Source: Candidatus Heimdallarchaeota archaeon
GTDB lineage: Archaea; Asgardarchaeota; Heimdallarchaeia; JABLTI01
NCBI GenBank assembly: GCA_019058275.1
Contig: JAHLVW010000083.1
Span: 35,570-99,569 of the forward strand
DNA length: 64,000 bases
Direction: 5' to 3'
A program made the position numbers and the translations under genes. The notes beneath the pieces are model-generated. The model saw only the letters and a program-made list of their open reading frames with translations. It did no database searches and was not told the origin of the DNA. Shown here piece after piece: positions 10,710-21,463 of the stretch. The first letter of the stretch is position 1. Every line of letters begins with the position of its first letter.

Positions 10710-12290
10710 ATGAAAATGACTAAACGATTAGAAACTAAAATACCACAAATATTAGGATTCACAAAAATCTCAGCTGATGGTATTTTCAAACTAAAGAAGA
10801 AAATCGTTGAATATCTAAAGTTAACTGATAACCAAATACCTTATCTAAATTACAATGGAGAAATAACTCTTTCTGCTAAACCTTTTGGTATAAAAGCTAA
10901 TGTATTAAATGGAAATAGAATTGAATTACCTCTAAAAGCCTTAGAGAAATTGTTGATTACTAAAAGAACAGATATTTGTTTTATTGAACGACACAATGCA
11001 GTTGCGATAAAAAAAATCGAGATAAACGTAAAAAAAGGTAAAGGACCAAAAATCATTGATATTGAAAGTCCTTATTCTGTAATAAGGCAAGTTAAAACAT
11101 TTGCAAATCCAGATAGTTTATTGGATGAGTTAATAGATAAATCAAAAGACATCAATTTAAACTATAATTTGGTTAATTTTTGGAAAGATAAAAAATCATT
11201 TAGCGCTTGGAAAGCCAGAAAAATTTTGAATGTTCCTGAACCATTTGATGAAGATTTACAAAAGGAACTAATTCAAGATAGATTATCAAACCAAGATTCC
11301 TATGGTTCGTGGGAAGGATTAGTAACTGCTACGGCTAAAAATTTGATGGAACTTGCTGAATTAGGGATGAGTAGTAACTATCCTCAAATTCAACAAGCTA
11401 TAAAATGGCTAATGGATCGTCCAGAATCAAAACACAATCCAGGAATGTTTTTCTTAACTGATGAATTAGTACAAGAGCAACTTGATATTGTTGAAATAAG
11501 AGAAGAACAAACTAGTGGTCCTCGAGATAGATTTCGGAAACGTCCTAAAGGTGAATTGAAGTTAATAACAAATGTTGATGAACTCTATGATAATCCTTGT
11601 GGTCAAAGAATCATGTGGCCTAATGCATTTGTTCTAGAAGCATTGCTTACTTTGGGTTATGAAACACATGATAGAGTACAAACAATTCTTGAAACATTAA
11701 CCTATAGTCATTGGTGTGATTGTGCTTATCAACATGGACATAGTAGTTGGTTTCGAAAGGAACCTTATTCTATGAGAGAAGTAGAGAAATTCGAACGACA
11801 AACTTTGTATGAGTTTAAACATGGAGGCGTGAAAAACTTACAATTTCTTATAAGCCAACCTACTTTGAATCACTTACTTCGTTTATCTCAAAAGAGGAAA
11901 GGAGAAATTGTGGAGTACACCTTATGGGTACCAATTATTACCCAAGGATGTGAATTAATAACTACTGAAGCTCTTAGCAAAGTAAAGGATGAAAAACTAT
12001 GGCGTTTAGCTGAAACTCATTTATGGCGTTTTGTTGTTTTGCTTTACAATGCTTATACTAATCAACATACTATGGATGAATTTGTAAAATACCATCTAAC
12101 ACCATTCATTCATCTGAAGGTTTTTGCTAAATATAATACTAAAGGATCGAGAATTGGCATTCTGTTATCACTTCCATGGATAAGAGACAATCAAAATGAG
12201 GATGGTTCATGGGGTAATGGCAAGCAAAAGGAAAGTGCAACAATATCTATTTTGAGTGCGCTTAAATCAATAGATTTCATCAATCAATAA
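10710..12290 (+). CDS. Hypothetical protein: terpene-cyclase/prenyltransferase-like helical barrel with an N-terminal tandem AbrB-like region
   Basis: QW-type repeats QDSYGSWEG and QNEDGSWG; IQQAIKWLM; N-terminal KISADGIFKLKKKIVEYLKL and NRIELPLKALEKLLI. Confidence 0.55.
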   Translation: MKMTKRLETKIPQILGFTKISADGIFKLKKKIVEYLKLTDNQIPYLNYNGEITLSAKPFGIKANVLNGNRIELPLKALEKLLITKRTDICFIERHNAVAIKKIEINVKKGKGPKIIDIESPYSVIRQVKTFANPDSLLDELIDKSKDINLNYNLVNFWKDKKSFSAWKARKILNVPEPFDEDLQKELIQDRLSNQDSYGSWEGLVTATAKNLMELAELGMSSNYPQIQQAIKWLMDRPESKHNPGMFFLTDELVQEQLDIVEIREEQTSGPRDRFRKRPKGELKLITNVDELYDNPCGQRIMWPNAFVLEALLTLGYETHDRVQTILETLTYSHWCDCAYQHGHSSWFRKEPYSMREVEKFERQTLYEFKHGGVKNLQFLISQPTLNHLLRLSQKRKGEIVEYTLWVPIITQGCELITTEALSKVKDEKLWRLAETHLWRFVVLLYNAYTNQHTMDEFVKYHLTPFIHLKVFAKYNTKGSRIGILLSLPWIRDNQNEDGSWGNGKQKESATISILSALKSIDFINQ

Positions 12291-12364
12291 TCATTATTGA
12301 TTATTTATCAGAGATAATGTGATGTAAAATAAGCTACTGATAAGAAATAATGTTACAATTGAGT

Positions 12365-12790
12365 TTAGCTTCTAAACTTCCCTTCAATTTTATCTAAAGC
12401 TATAGAAGCTTGTTCTCGAACGCGCCAATTATCATCAAGTAATGCATTACGTATAGCTGGAACTGTTTCATTAGTTCGATTTTGCATTTCACCCAACGCA
12501 GCAGCTGCTAGTGTACGTACGTCATCTCTATTGTCTTTTTTCAAAATATCTACTATTACAGGTATAGTCTTAATATTCTTTTCTCCCAACTCACATAATG
12601 ATAAGGCTGCCCATTTACGAACCTCTAAATCATCATCCTTTAGAGCTTTCATTAAAGCATTAACAATTTTCTTATCTTTCTTTCCATAAATTCCTAATAT
12701 TAAAGCTGCTGTTGCTCGAACCTTTGGATTAAAACTGTCTAAATCTTTAAGAAAATTCTTGACTTCTTTGGGATCCAATATAGCAGTCAA
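12365..12790 (-). CDS. HEAT-repeat (PBS lyase-like) protein
   Basis: Repeats VRATAALILG, VRKWAALSLC, VRTLAAAALG, VREQASIALD. Confidence 0.9.
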   Translation of the reverse strand: MTAILDPKEVKNFLKDLDSFNPKVRATAALILGIYGKKDKKIVNALMKALKDDDLEVRKWAALSLCELGEKNIKTIPVIVDILKKDNRDDVRTLAAAALGEMQNRTNETVPAIRNALLDDNWRVREQASIALDKIEGKFRS

Positions 12791-13051
12791 AGTTCTAATC
12801 CACCAAACTCAATAAACAACAATATTATAACTAATAAGTTATCAAAAAGTCTTTTCATGATAAAATATTTTCAACTATCTCTCAAATCATTTAACTATTA
12901 TTTTGAGATTATTTCAGTTATTTTTTGATAAATTAAGTATGTTTACTTGAGGTTAAAAAACTGAATAGATAACAATTAGACCAATCAAATTTGGAAAAGT
13001 AGATATTCTTAAAATTACTATCATTATTCTTCTCTTTAGGAATTGTTAGTT

Positions 13052-14086
13052 TTGGTAAAATTATAGTATATAATTGGAAAGAAGAAGGATTTACCAGAGA
13101 AATATTATGAAAAAATGATAAGCATGATTAGAGGCTACGATTCAGAACGGTTGCCTTTTGAACCACCTACTTTAGATTATTATCGTAATTATTGGGATTT
13201 ACCAAAACCATCAGGACAAGAAACAATAACTGTATTCGCATTCAATGACTTTGATGAACTTATAGGATTTGGATATTCGGGTTGGAATATAAAATATGAT
13301 AATTTAGATCATGGATTCTTTCAAATTTATGTTGTTCCTACAAATCGAAGAAAAGGATTTGGTACTAAGATTATACGAAAGTTATTTTCTCAAATTCCTT
13401 CTCAGATTAAAACTTTAGCAGCTTCAACAAAGGAGGGTTCTATTGGTGAAGCATTTCTACAAAAATTTAAACACGAGAATTGTTTTGAAGAACTTTTTAG
13501 AGCTGCAGATTTATCAGAATTCAATCTAGAAGAAATAAGGGAGATTGTAAAGATAGAAACTGAAAGAATTGAATAATTAGGCTATACTTTTGTAGAGCTT
13601 GAAAGTCTAGATTATGCTGAAAAATTCAATGAAGAGGAATATGTCAGAATGGTAGAGAGAATATGGAACGATATGCCTCGAGAAGAAATGTCTTTTGGGG
13701 AGAATGTTATTACCTCCGAACGTTACAAGTCTATGATTGAATTAAATCTTAAAAAAGGTGATAGAAATTTTGGTTATGCAATTGCCAAAAAAGAAACTAA
13801 CGAACCAGTAGGTCACACAAGAGTTCTCTATAATAAATATGATCTTGATCTTGTTGAACAAGATGATACAGGGGTTGTTCATGAACATAGAGGAAATGGT
13901 TTTGGTTTAGCTTTAAAATATAAAGTCTTAGAGAGGATATTGAATGAACTAAATGCGAAATTCTGGTTTACTGGTAATGCTCAAAGCAATAAACATATGA
14001 TTCGAATAAATAAAAAATTAAAACATAAAATCGTTGGAAAGAAAGTTGTATATGAATTAAAGAGAGAAGAATGGGAATTGATCTAA
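13052..14086 (+). pseudogene. Tandem-GNAT acetyltransferase interrupted by in-frame stops
   Basis: ORFs 13115-13576 and 13649-14086 share a frame and are separated only by TAA at 13574-76. An upstream TTG (13052) is followed by TAG at 13064-66. Two AcCoA motifs: RRKGFG and HRGNGFG. Confidence 0.8.
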
Positions 14087-14289
14087 AACTACTATTTAGT
14101 AAATATTGTAATCAATAAAAAAGTCAAAGGGAATTCTTCACCTTATATCTCATAATAGATTGCTCATGTTATAAAAAACTTTGATTGCATTGGCATTTCT
14201 CTCTAATTACTGGTCAGAAAATACCATATTATACTAATAGAGTGGTCAATTTACTTTTACTTTTACTAAATAGAATTCAATAGAGATGA

Positions 14290-15438
14290 TTGAAAATGAC
14301 TGATGCTGAAAAACACAAAGAAAATATTGTGAATAACTTAGTTGGTATAAAATTCGAAGGTAGACCCATCCCTTTATGGGATGAGAAAGATAAATTGACT
14401 GATAAAATGAAACAATTCAAAGTACCTGGTCTAAGTATTGTTGTGATTAATGATTTTCAAATAGATTGGACATTGCATGAAGGCGTGCAAGACTTGAACT
14501 CCAACAAAAAATTAACTCCTGAAACTTTGTTTGAAGCTGCATCTACGACTAAAGCTCTAACAGCTGTTCTTGCTTTGCACTTCGTTGAAAATGGTATTTT
14601 AGACCTAGATGAGGAAATTAATACTAAACTAAAAAACTGGAAAATACCTGAGAATGAGTTCACTGAGAAAGAGAAAGTTACTCTTCGCAGATTACTAACA
14701 CATATGGCAGGTATAAACCGTCCTGACAGCTTGTTTAGTTACGAAGAAGGGAAAACTCCTACACTAATTCAAGTATTAAATGGAGAATCACCTGCTTTGA
14801 ATGATCCTGTAAAAGTAGAATTTATTCCTGGATCAAAACATCAATACTCAAATATTGGCTATACTATTATACAACAGTTATTAGAAGATGTTACTGGGAA
14901 ATCATTTCATCAATTAATGAAAGAAGTGATTTTTGAACCACTAGAGATGAATAATAGTACATTAGAATTTCCGCTTCCTGATAATTTTAGTCAACGAGCT
15001 GTTTTACCACATACAGCTGAAGGTGAAGCTAAGGATAAAGGCTTACACGCATCAGCTTTAGCACATGGCAACTTAAGCTGTACTTCAATTGATTTGAGTA
15101 AATTTCTTTTAGAACTAATGAACACTTATAATGGAAAATCTGAAAAAATATTGTCAAAAAACATGGTTAGAAAAATGTTTGAATCTCAACGTTCATTTGG
15201 TCCAACAGAATTAATGGGTTTCTCTGATCAAGCCTTAGGTGTGTTTTTGATGAGAAATGATAAAAACTCATTCTTTCTCCATCCAGGAGGAAATGAACCA
15301 GGGGCAAATTGCTTTCTTATAGGTTCTCCTACAACAGGTCATGGTGCTATTTTGATGTCAAATGGTTCTATGGGTGAGCTCATCAATATGCAATTGATTT
15401 ATACTATAGCAAAAGATTATGAATGGAATTTTGGATGA
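14290..15438 (+). CDS. Beta-lactamase-family serine hydrolase
   Basis: FEAASTTK (SxxK), LLTHMAG, YSNIGY, HPGG. Confidence 0.92.
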   Translation: MKMTDAEKHKENIVNNLVGIKFEGRPIPLWDEKDKLTDKMKQFKVPGLSIVVINDFQIDWTLHEGVQDLNSNKKLTPETLFEAASTTKALTAVLALHFVENGILDLDEEINTKLKNWKIPENEFTEKEKVTLRRLLTHMAGINRPDSLFSYEEGKTPTLIQVLNGESPALNDPVKVEFIPGSKHQYSNIGYTIIQQLLEDVTGKSFHQLMKEVIFEPLEMNNSTLEFPLPDNFSQRAVLPHTAEGEAKDKGLHASALAHGNLSCTSIDLSKFLLELMNTYNGKSEKILSKNMVRKMFESQRSFGPTELMGFSDQALGVFLMRNDKNSFFLHPGGNEPGANCFLIGSPTTGHGAILMSNGSMGELINMQLIYTIAKDYEWNFG

Positions 15439-15553
15439 ATAACTCACCAAAATTTCTTTAATTATTTTCTAGATACCTTTTCTTTTTTTTATTAAGAAAG
15501 TCACTCGTAATTAATTAATAATCAGATGAGTATTTTACAATGGAGGTAATGAA

Positions 15554-15988
15554 ATGAAAATTTTTGATGCTCCTATTCTTCACAAAGTGTTAATTCGTGC
15601 CCCTCGAGAAAAGGTCTATGATGCAATGACAACTGCAGAAGGTTTAGATGGGTAGTTTACTAAGGGATACTTTGTTGGTCGTAAACCAGGTGGGAAAATC
15701 ATTCTTCGATGGGTTGATTGGGGCGTAGATAAAGTAAATACTCAAACAGAAGCTCCTATAATAGAAGTCAAATTACCAGAACGTTTTGTCTTTAAGTGGT
15801 GGGAAGATCATTATACAATAGTTGAGATGGATTTTATAGAAGTTAAAGAAGGAACAGTTGTATCAGTAAAGGAACACGGATATCAAGATTCAACAGAAGG
15901 TCACGTACGATGTCTTGAATGTGCAACTGGATGGGGAGAAGCCCTCACATTACTAAAATTCTATGTTGAGCATGGATTACGATACTGA
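15554..15988 (+). pseudogene. SRPBCC/AHSA1 (START-like) domain protein with an internal amber stop
   Basis: Not in the ORF track. ATG 15554 with GGAGG RBS; IRAPREKVYDAMTTAEGLDG*FTKG...GWGEALTLLKFYVE. TAG at 15653-55 lies at the usual Trp position. Confidence 0.85.
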
Positions 15989-15989
15989 A

Positions 15990-16508
15990 TCAGCTATATT
16001 CCTTTCGAGCTTTTTTCTCTATTTTTTTGATAAATTTTGATTTGCCATTAGTATATGCCTTTCTGTCATTTCTGAACAATTGTGCCAATCCTTGTTTCAA
16101 ATCATTGTATTCCTTTGCCGCATCAGGATAGCTTCGCAGAAAATCGCGAAAGAGAATATGCCTTCCCCAATAATCACTATTTATATCTATAATATACAAA
16201 TGAATCTTAATTCCGTCAAATTGCTTGTCTAGTGATTTCCTTTCAGGAAAATCCTCAACGCGATTTGTATCAAAAGTATATCCAATACTTACTAATAGAG
16301 GAATACATTTCTTGATCTCATCAAATGATTCTACGCCAATCATTATATCAATTATTGGTTTAGCACCCATTCCAGGTACAGCAGTGCTCCCAATGTGCTC
16401 TATACTTATTACTAAATCACTTAATGCTTCTTCAATTACCACTCTTTCTTTTTCGAAGAATTTAGGCCATTTAGGATTATATTTCTCAATTATAATTGGA
16501 GCATTCAT
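15990..16508 (-). CDS. GrpB/UPF0157 family nucleotidyltransferase-fold protein
   Basis: YNPKWP, IEHIGSTAVPGMGAKPIIDI, FRDFLR, YTNGKS. Confidence 0.93.
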   Translation of the reverse strand: MNAPIIIEKYNPKWPKFFEKERVVIEEALSDLVISIEHIGSTAVPGMGAKPIIDIMIGVESFDEIKKCIPLLVSIGYTFDTNRVEDFPERKSLDKQFDGIKIHLYIIDINSDYWGRHILFRDFLRSYPDAAKEYNDLKQGLAQLFRNDRKAYTNGKSKFIKKIEKKARKEYS

Positions 16509-16598
16509 AATAGATTACCAATATATTGAAATTTATCAAATTTACTAAATCTACAAAGTAACAAGCAATGTAAAATTTACCTTGGACCTAATGCATGT

Positions 16599-17039
16599 TT
16601 AAACGATAGTACCCTTATATAAACCAATGAATCGTTCATATCTACCCGGTAATTTTTCATTATCTTGTAAATGTAATAACCAAGCATGAATTTCATTTTC
16701 TAAGATGATTTTCTCTCCTGCTACATTCTCTACTTCTGGTCTATGGATGTTTTTAATGGCTGTAAATTCCATCATTACATATGCTTCAGACATTACTATT
16801 GTTGAGATGTCGTTTAGATACATTTCATCATTTACACTGAGAATACATCTAATAAGCGCTCTCGCAAGGAAAGTGATAAATCTTTTCTGAAGATCCATTG
16901 GACCTTTAAATAACTTACCAAAAATCGCGCCCATAACTGTGTTTTCAAAATCATATCTGTTCATAACATAAGGTATTAAGAACTCCTCTAATTCTTGAAT
17001 AAGCTTTTGACTAATATTGTACCCCGCCTTTTTAATCAC
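16599..17039 (-). CDS. Hypothetical protein
   Basis: 146-aa ORF with typical composition; no motif recognised. Confidence 0.6.
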   Translation of the reverse strand: MIKKAGYNISQKLIQELEEFLIPYVMNRYDFENTVMGAIFGKLFKGPMDLQKRFITFLARALIRCILSVNDEMYLNDISTIVMSEAYVMMEFTAIKNIHRPEVENVAGEKIILENEIHAWLLHLQDNEKLPGRYERFIGLYKGTIV

Positions 17040-17176
17040 TATAAAACAAATGTGATTGGTTTATTTATATGTTTTCAGAAACAAGAGTCATAATTTCATA
17101 ATAAGTAAAAGCCCCTCTTTGTAAAAGAGTAATTATAAATATTATTTATGTTAATTATATAAGGGGGCAGATAGAA

Positions 17177-18145
17177 ATGGATGTCATAGATTGGTTATTA
17201 ACTAAAGATGCTTTTATTGAGTACAACACAAGAGTAGAATTGCTAGGACAAACTGAATCTAATAAACATGTACAAAATGCGAAGGAAAGGATGCTTAAGG
17301 ATATTAGAATCATTAATTTATTTGCTGAATTACTAGATTGGCCTGGTTACTCATTGAAGAGACATAATGATGCGAAACACTTGACTCACAAACTAGCATT
17401 TCTAGTGGATATTGGTGTTAAAAAAAATAATAAAACACTTACACAAGTATCTAAGAAAATTTTCGAACAAAAATCCGAAGAGGGAGCCTTTCAGGTAATC
17501 GTAAATATACCTACACATTTCGGTGGATCAGGGGAGGATGAAATGCTATGGATGCTTTGTGATTTTCCAACGATATTATATTCTATGTTAAAAATAGGTT
17601 GGGAAAATGATAAACGAATTGAAATAGCGATTGATTACTTGAAAGAACTAATAAGAGAAAATGGTTGGCCATGTGCAAGTTCTCCAAAATTAGGTGGAAA
17701 ATTCAAAGGTCCAGGTAAGAAAAGCGATCCTTGTCCCTATGCTAATCTAATCATACTAAAAGCATTAAGCCAACATCCAAAATCAAAGAACTCCAAAGAG
17801 TGCAAAGTAGGAGCTGAAACCTTACTATCATTATGGGAACGAAGAAAGGAAGTAAAACCCTTTTTATTTGGTATGGGAACAGATTTCAAGAAATTAAAAG
17901 CTCCTTTTATTTGGTATGATGTTTTACATATCACTGATGTGTTGACAAAATTTGAATGGTTGCATAAAGATGAACGACTTAATGAAATGATTGAGATTAT
18001 TCGTAACAAAATAGATTCTAATGGATTTTATAAGGCTGAATCTGTTTGGCGTGCTTGGAAAGAATGGGATTTTGGACAAAAGAAAGAACCATCTCCTTGG
18101 ATAACTTTCTTAGTAACAAGATTGCTAAGACGAATCGATAGATAG
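17177..18145 (+). CDS. Terpene-cyclase/prenyltransferase-fold hypothetical protein
   Basis: IDWLL start, ENGWPC, PCPYANLIILKAL, FKKLKAPFIWYDVLH, GQKKEPSPWIT. Confidence 0.7.
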   Translation: MDVIDWLLTKDAFIEYNTRVELLGQTESNKHVQNAKERMLKDIRIINLFAELLDWPGYSLKRHNDAKHLTHKLAFLVDIGVKKNNKTLTQVSKKIFEQKSEEGAFQVIVNIPTHFGGSGEDEMLWMLCDFPTILYSMLKIGWENDKRIEIAIDYLKELIRENGWPCASSPKLGGKFKGPGKKSDPCPYANLIILKALSQHPKSKNSKECKVGAETLLSLWERRKEVKPFLFGMGTDFKKLKAPFIWYDVLHITDVLTKFEWLHKDERLNEMIEIIRNKIDSNGFYKAESVWRAWKEWDFGQKKEPSPWITFLVTRLLRRIDR

Positions 18146-18554
18146 AATTCAATCAATTTGTTCATCATAAAATATATATAAAAAGTGTTGATATGTGAAC
18201 TTAATCATACATAAAGAAAGCAAAAGTTGAGAGTATATATTATTAAAGGAAATTGATAATAGAGATCTTCTAATTTTTACTGTTTTTGTGTATAAAATAA
18301 CAAATTTAGGTGAATTAATTGAGTTATGATAGAGAACCAAGAGAAATGCATAAAATTACTTGCTCCGAATGTGGACAAGAAGCAGAAGTTCCATTTAAGC
18401 CAGATGGTGAACGACCTGTATACTGTCAAGAATGTTTTAGTAAAAAGAGGAAACCAAGACGAAGATTCTAATCACATTCGATTTTCTAATTTTAGGATAA
18501 ATATTCTTAGTCTAATGAATAGCCAGCAATTTGCTGTTGCTATTCACTTATAAT

Positions 18555-19520
18555 TTATAGTTTTTTCATAACTAAATTAGCAAAGTCCTTACTATAATTA
18601 ACTATTTTTTCATCAAATCCTGGAAACATTACTTGATAGTAGTCAAAACCTAAGCTATTTAGGTATTCAAATCGTTCAATGAGTTCTTCTGGATATCCTA
18701 CCCATGAACCAGGAGTGTCTTGTGTTATTCTTTCCTTTATAGCTTCCAATGGTCTATTATATCGCTCAGATATATCTTTCAGATAGTTTTCAATTTCCTC
18801 CTCTGATTTTGAAACAAATATAGGAATTCCCACAGCAAACAAGCTTTTACCAATTTCATCGTAATCTCTGCCAACTACCTTACAATGAGCTTTGAGTATT
18901 TCTAATGATCGTTCAAGGTTTGGTCGTAAAACGAAGTTACAATAATCTGCTTGTCTTGCAACAATTTTCAGCAGTATTTTTTTGCCCATACCTCCAATCA
19001 TTATTGGCGGCCATGGTTTCTGAACTGGTTTTGGAGCTGAAAAAGCATCTTTGATTTTATAATATTGACCCTCAAAAGTAACCTTAGCTTCTGTCCATAG
19101 TAATTTTATGATCTCAATAGCTTCCTCCATTTGGTATAACCGTTCTATTGTTGATGGAAACGGGATTCCATAGGCATTATACTCAATTTCTTTCCAACCG
19201 GCACCAAAACCGAAGAATAACCTACCATTGGAAATCATATCTACAGTTGCAGCCATTTTAGCTAGAACAGCTGGATACCTATAAGAATTACAAGTAACTA
19301 GAGTTCCTAATCTAAGTTTTTTAGTTACAGCTGCTAATGCAGAGAGCAATGTCCAAGCTTCCATACAATTCTTGTTTTCAGATTTGTTATCTAAGAAGAA
19401 ATGGTCACTAGTCCAGATGGAATCATAACCTATCTTCTCTGCTTCTAAAGCTATTTTTTCTACTGTTTTATATTCAAATCCCATTTGAGGTTCTATTTGA
19501 ATGCCAAATTTTACAGTCAT
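18555..19520 (-). CDS. LLM-class, probably F420-dependent oxidoreductase
   Basis: GYDSIWTSDHF, RLGTLVTCNSYRYPAVLAKMAATVDMISNGRL, PKPVQKPWPPIMIGG. Confidence 0.93.
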   Translation of the reverse strand: MTVKFGIQIEPQMGFEYKTVEKIALEAEKIGYDSIWTSDHFFLDNKSENKNCMEAWTLLSALAAVTKKLRLGTLVTCNSYRYPAVLAKMAATVDMISNGRLFFGFGAGWKEIEYNAYGIPFPSTIERLYQMEEAIEIIKLLWTEAKVTFEGQYYKIKDAFSAPKPVQKPWPPIMIGGMGKKILLKIVARQADYCNFVLRPNLERSLEILKAHCKVVGRDYDEIGKSLFAVGIPIFVSKSEEEIENYLKDISERYNRPLEAIKERITQDTPGSWVGYPEELIERFEYLNSLGFDYYQVMFPGFDEKIVNYSKDFANLVMKKL

Positions 19521-19623
19521 TTGTTTTCCCTATTTTACCTTTCATTCTCTAGTTATAGTTTTTTTGAATTATTTCAGTAGAAGCTCATAAAGAATTTAAT
19601 TCATAAACAAGTCTTATATTACT

Positions 19624-20724
19624 ATGAAGCAGGATAAACAAGAAATTCGACCTCGTTTTCGAGATTTGGGATATACAGTTGGCGATTTGGAGATAGGAAA
19701 ATTAAACTCCATAACAGATGTTCCAGGTGTAAAAGTTGGACATTGTACAATCATTGAAGGTAATAGTAGATTAATTCCTGGAAAAGGACCTGTGAGAACC
19801 GGTGTAACTGTTATACTTCCTCATGAGAAAAATGTTTACAGAGAAAAAGTCAGAGCAGGTTATTTTGTTTTAAATGGTTATGGAAAAACTACTGGATTAG
19901 TTCAAGTTCAAGAATTAGGTTGTATTGAATCGTATATTGGTCTGACAAATACATTGAGCATACCAGCTGTTACTGATGCATTGATTGATTTTCACATCGA
20001 GGAAAATCCGGACGTAGGTATTTCAACTTCTTCAATTAATGTTGTTGTGGGAGAATGCAATGATGGATTTCTAAATGACATGCAAGGAAGACATGTGAAG
20101 AAAGAACACGTTTTTCATGCTATTGAGAATGCTTCCAGAAATGTTGAAGAAGGTTGTGTTGGAGCAGGTACAGGCATGAGTTTGTTTGGATATAAGGGAG
20201 GAATTGGAACTGCTTCAAGAGTTGTTATAGAAAAAACTGCTGAGTATGTTGTAGGAGTTTTAGTTTTAACCAATTTTGGCCACAGAAAGGATTTAACCAT
20301 TTTAGGAAAGAAGCTGCATAAAGAAGGGATGAAGCAGGTTACCAAAACCCAGCATCATGGTTCTGTTATGGTGATTATTGCTACTGATGCTCCTCTTAAT
20401 AATCGACAGCTTACTCGTCTAGCAAAAAGAGCTCCATTGGGTTTAGCGAGAACAGGAAGTTTTGCTTCGTGGGATTCTGGAGATATTATCATCACTTTTT
20501 CAACTACAAATAGGATTAGACATGATGAAAATGCTGCAACGATAAATATGTCAATAATAAATGAATCAACCAAATTATTCAGTAGCTTTTTGAAAGCAGT
20601 AGTTGAAGCTACTGAGGAAGCAGTGTTAAATTCATTGTGTAAAGCAACTTCAATGACTGGAAGAGACGATAATTATGTGGAAGCCATCTCAATTGAGAAA
20701 ATTAAAGAATTATTAGAATCCTAG
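19624..20724 (+). CDS. dmpA: DmpA/P1 (S58) family aminopeptidase
   Basis: NSITDVPGVKVGH, VRTGVTVILP, ECNDGFLND, EGCVGAGTGM, autoproteolytic G-S site (HGSVMV). Confidence 0.93.
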   Translation: MKQDKQEIRPRFRDLGYTVGDLEIGKLNSITDVPGVKVGHCTIIEGNSRLIPGKGPVRTGVTVILPHEKNVYREKVRAGYFVLNGYGKTTGLVQVQELGCIESYIGLTNTLSIPAVTDALIDFHIEENPDVGISTSSINVVVGECNDGFLNDMQGRHVKKEHVFHAIENASRNVEEGCVGAGTGMSLFGYKGGIGTASRVVIEKTAEYVVGVLVLTNFGHRKDLTILGKKLHKEGMKQVTKTQHHGSVMVIIATDAPLNNRQLTRLAKRAPLGLARTGSFASWDSGDIIITFSTTNRIRHDENAATINMSIINESTKLFSSFLKAVVEATEEAVLNSLCKATSMTGRDDNYVEAISIEKIKELLES

Positions 20725-20727
20725 TGT

Positions 20728-21463
20728 TTAATCTTCTACAACTTTTGACAACTTTCTAGCGGTTTTAATATTATACACCAAATCACTTGGGTTTGGAACC
20801 ATTCCATCCCAATTTGATTCTTCAACGAATCTAATGAAGAATTCATGGAGTTCTTTAGGTTCAAATTCCGCAATTTTAGCGGGAGAATCTAGTCCAGCAT
20901 CATAGTAGAGTCGGGAGAGTTTCTTCTTAACATAACCAAGACGGGTTATATCAGAAAGCTTAACTAATTCTAAAATTGATTCTTCCGGGATAGCTAATTG
21001 CTTAGAAAGATCTTCACGTTGTTTCTTAGTTTTTCCCTTTTCCAACATTTGTTCAACGTTCTTGATTCCTATAGTTGCAAGTTTCTTTACTTGTTCTTGA
21101 TTGACTTTTAGAAATTCTTTAAGCGGAAAAATTCTCTTTGTCTTTTTGGTTCTTTCATCTCTTAAAGCTAGTGTGTTGAAGTAGTTCTTTATTGTCCAAG
21201 AAATGGAAATAATTCATTAAGATATACAAATAACCTTTTGCGGACTGTTTTTTACTTTCAAGTTCAAAAACAAAAGCATCTATATCGTCAGTCGTTACAG
21301 CTTCAAGATTTTTCTTTCTTTTCTCTTGCAAGTAGGACATGAAATCCTTTAGAACATTCACATTTCGATCTACTACATGTGGCTTTTTTCCTTCCCGTTT
21401 CAAGTATTTCCTAAAATCTTCTTCATTCATTAACTTCACAAGCAATACTATTTTATTTTTCAT
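20728..21463 (-). pseudogene. Frameshifted integrase-SAM-like + DUF4332-like (HhH) protein; paralog of 30986-31699
   Basis: ORFs 21155-21463 and 20728-21048 join by a frameshift at a CACAC tract near 21172. The alternative frame reads LALRDERTKKTKRIFPLKEFLKVNQEQVKKLATIGIKNVEQML and matches the intact paralog. Confidence 0.8.

Noticed and set aside
18326-18553. 75-aa + strand ORF
   Set aside because: No motif, RBS or other support; it may be a gene remnant but cannot be supported
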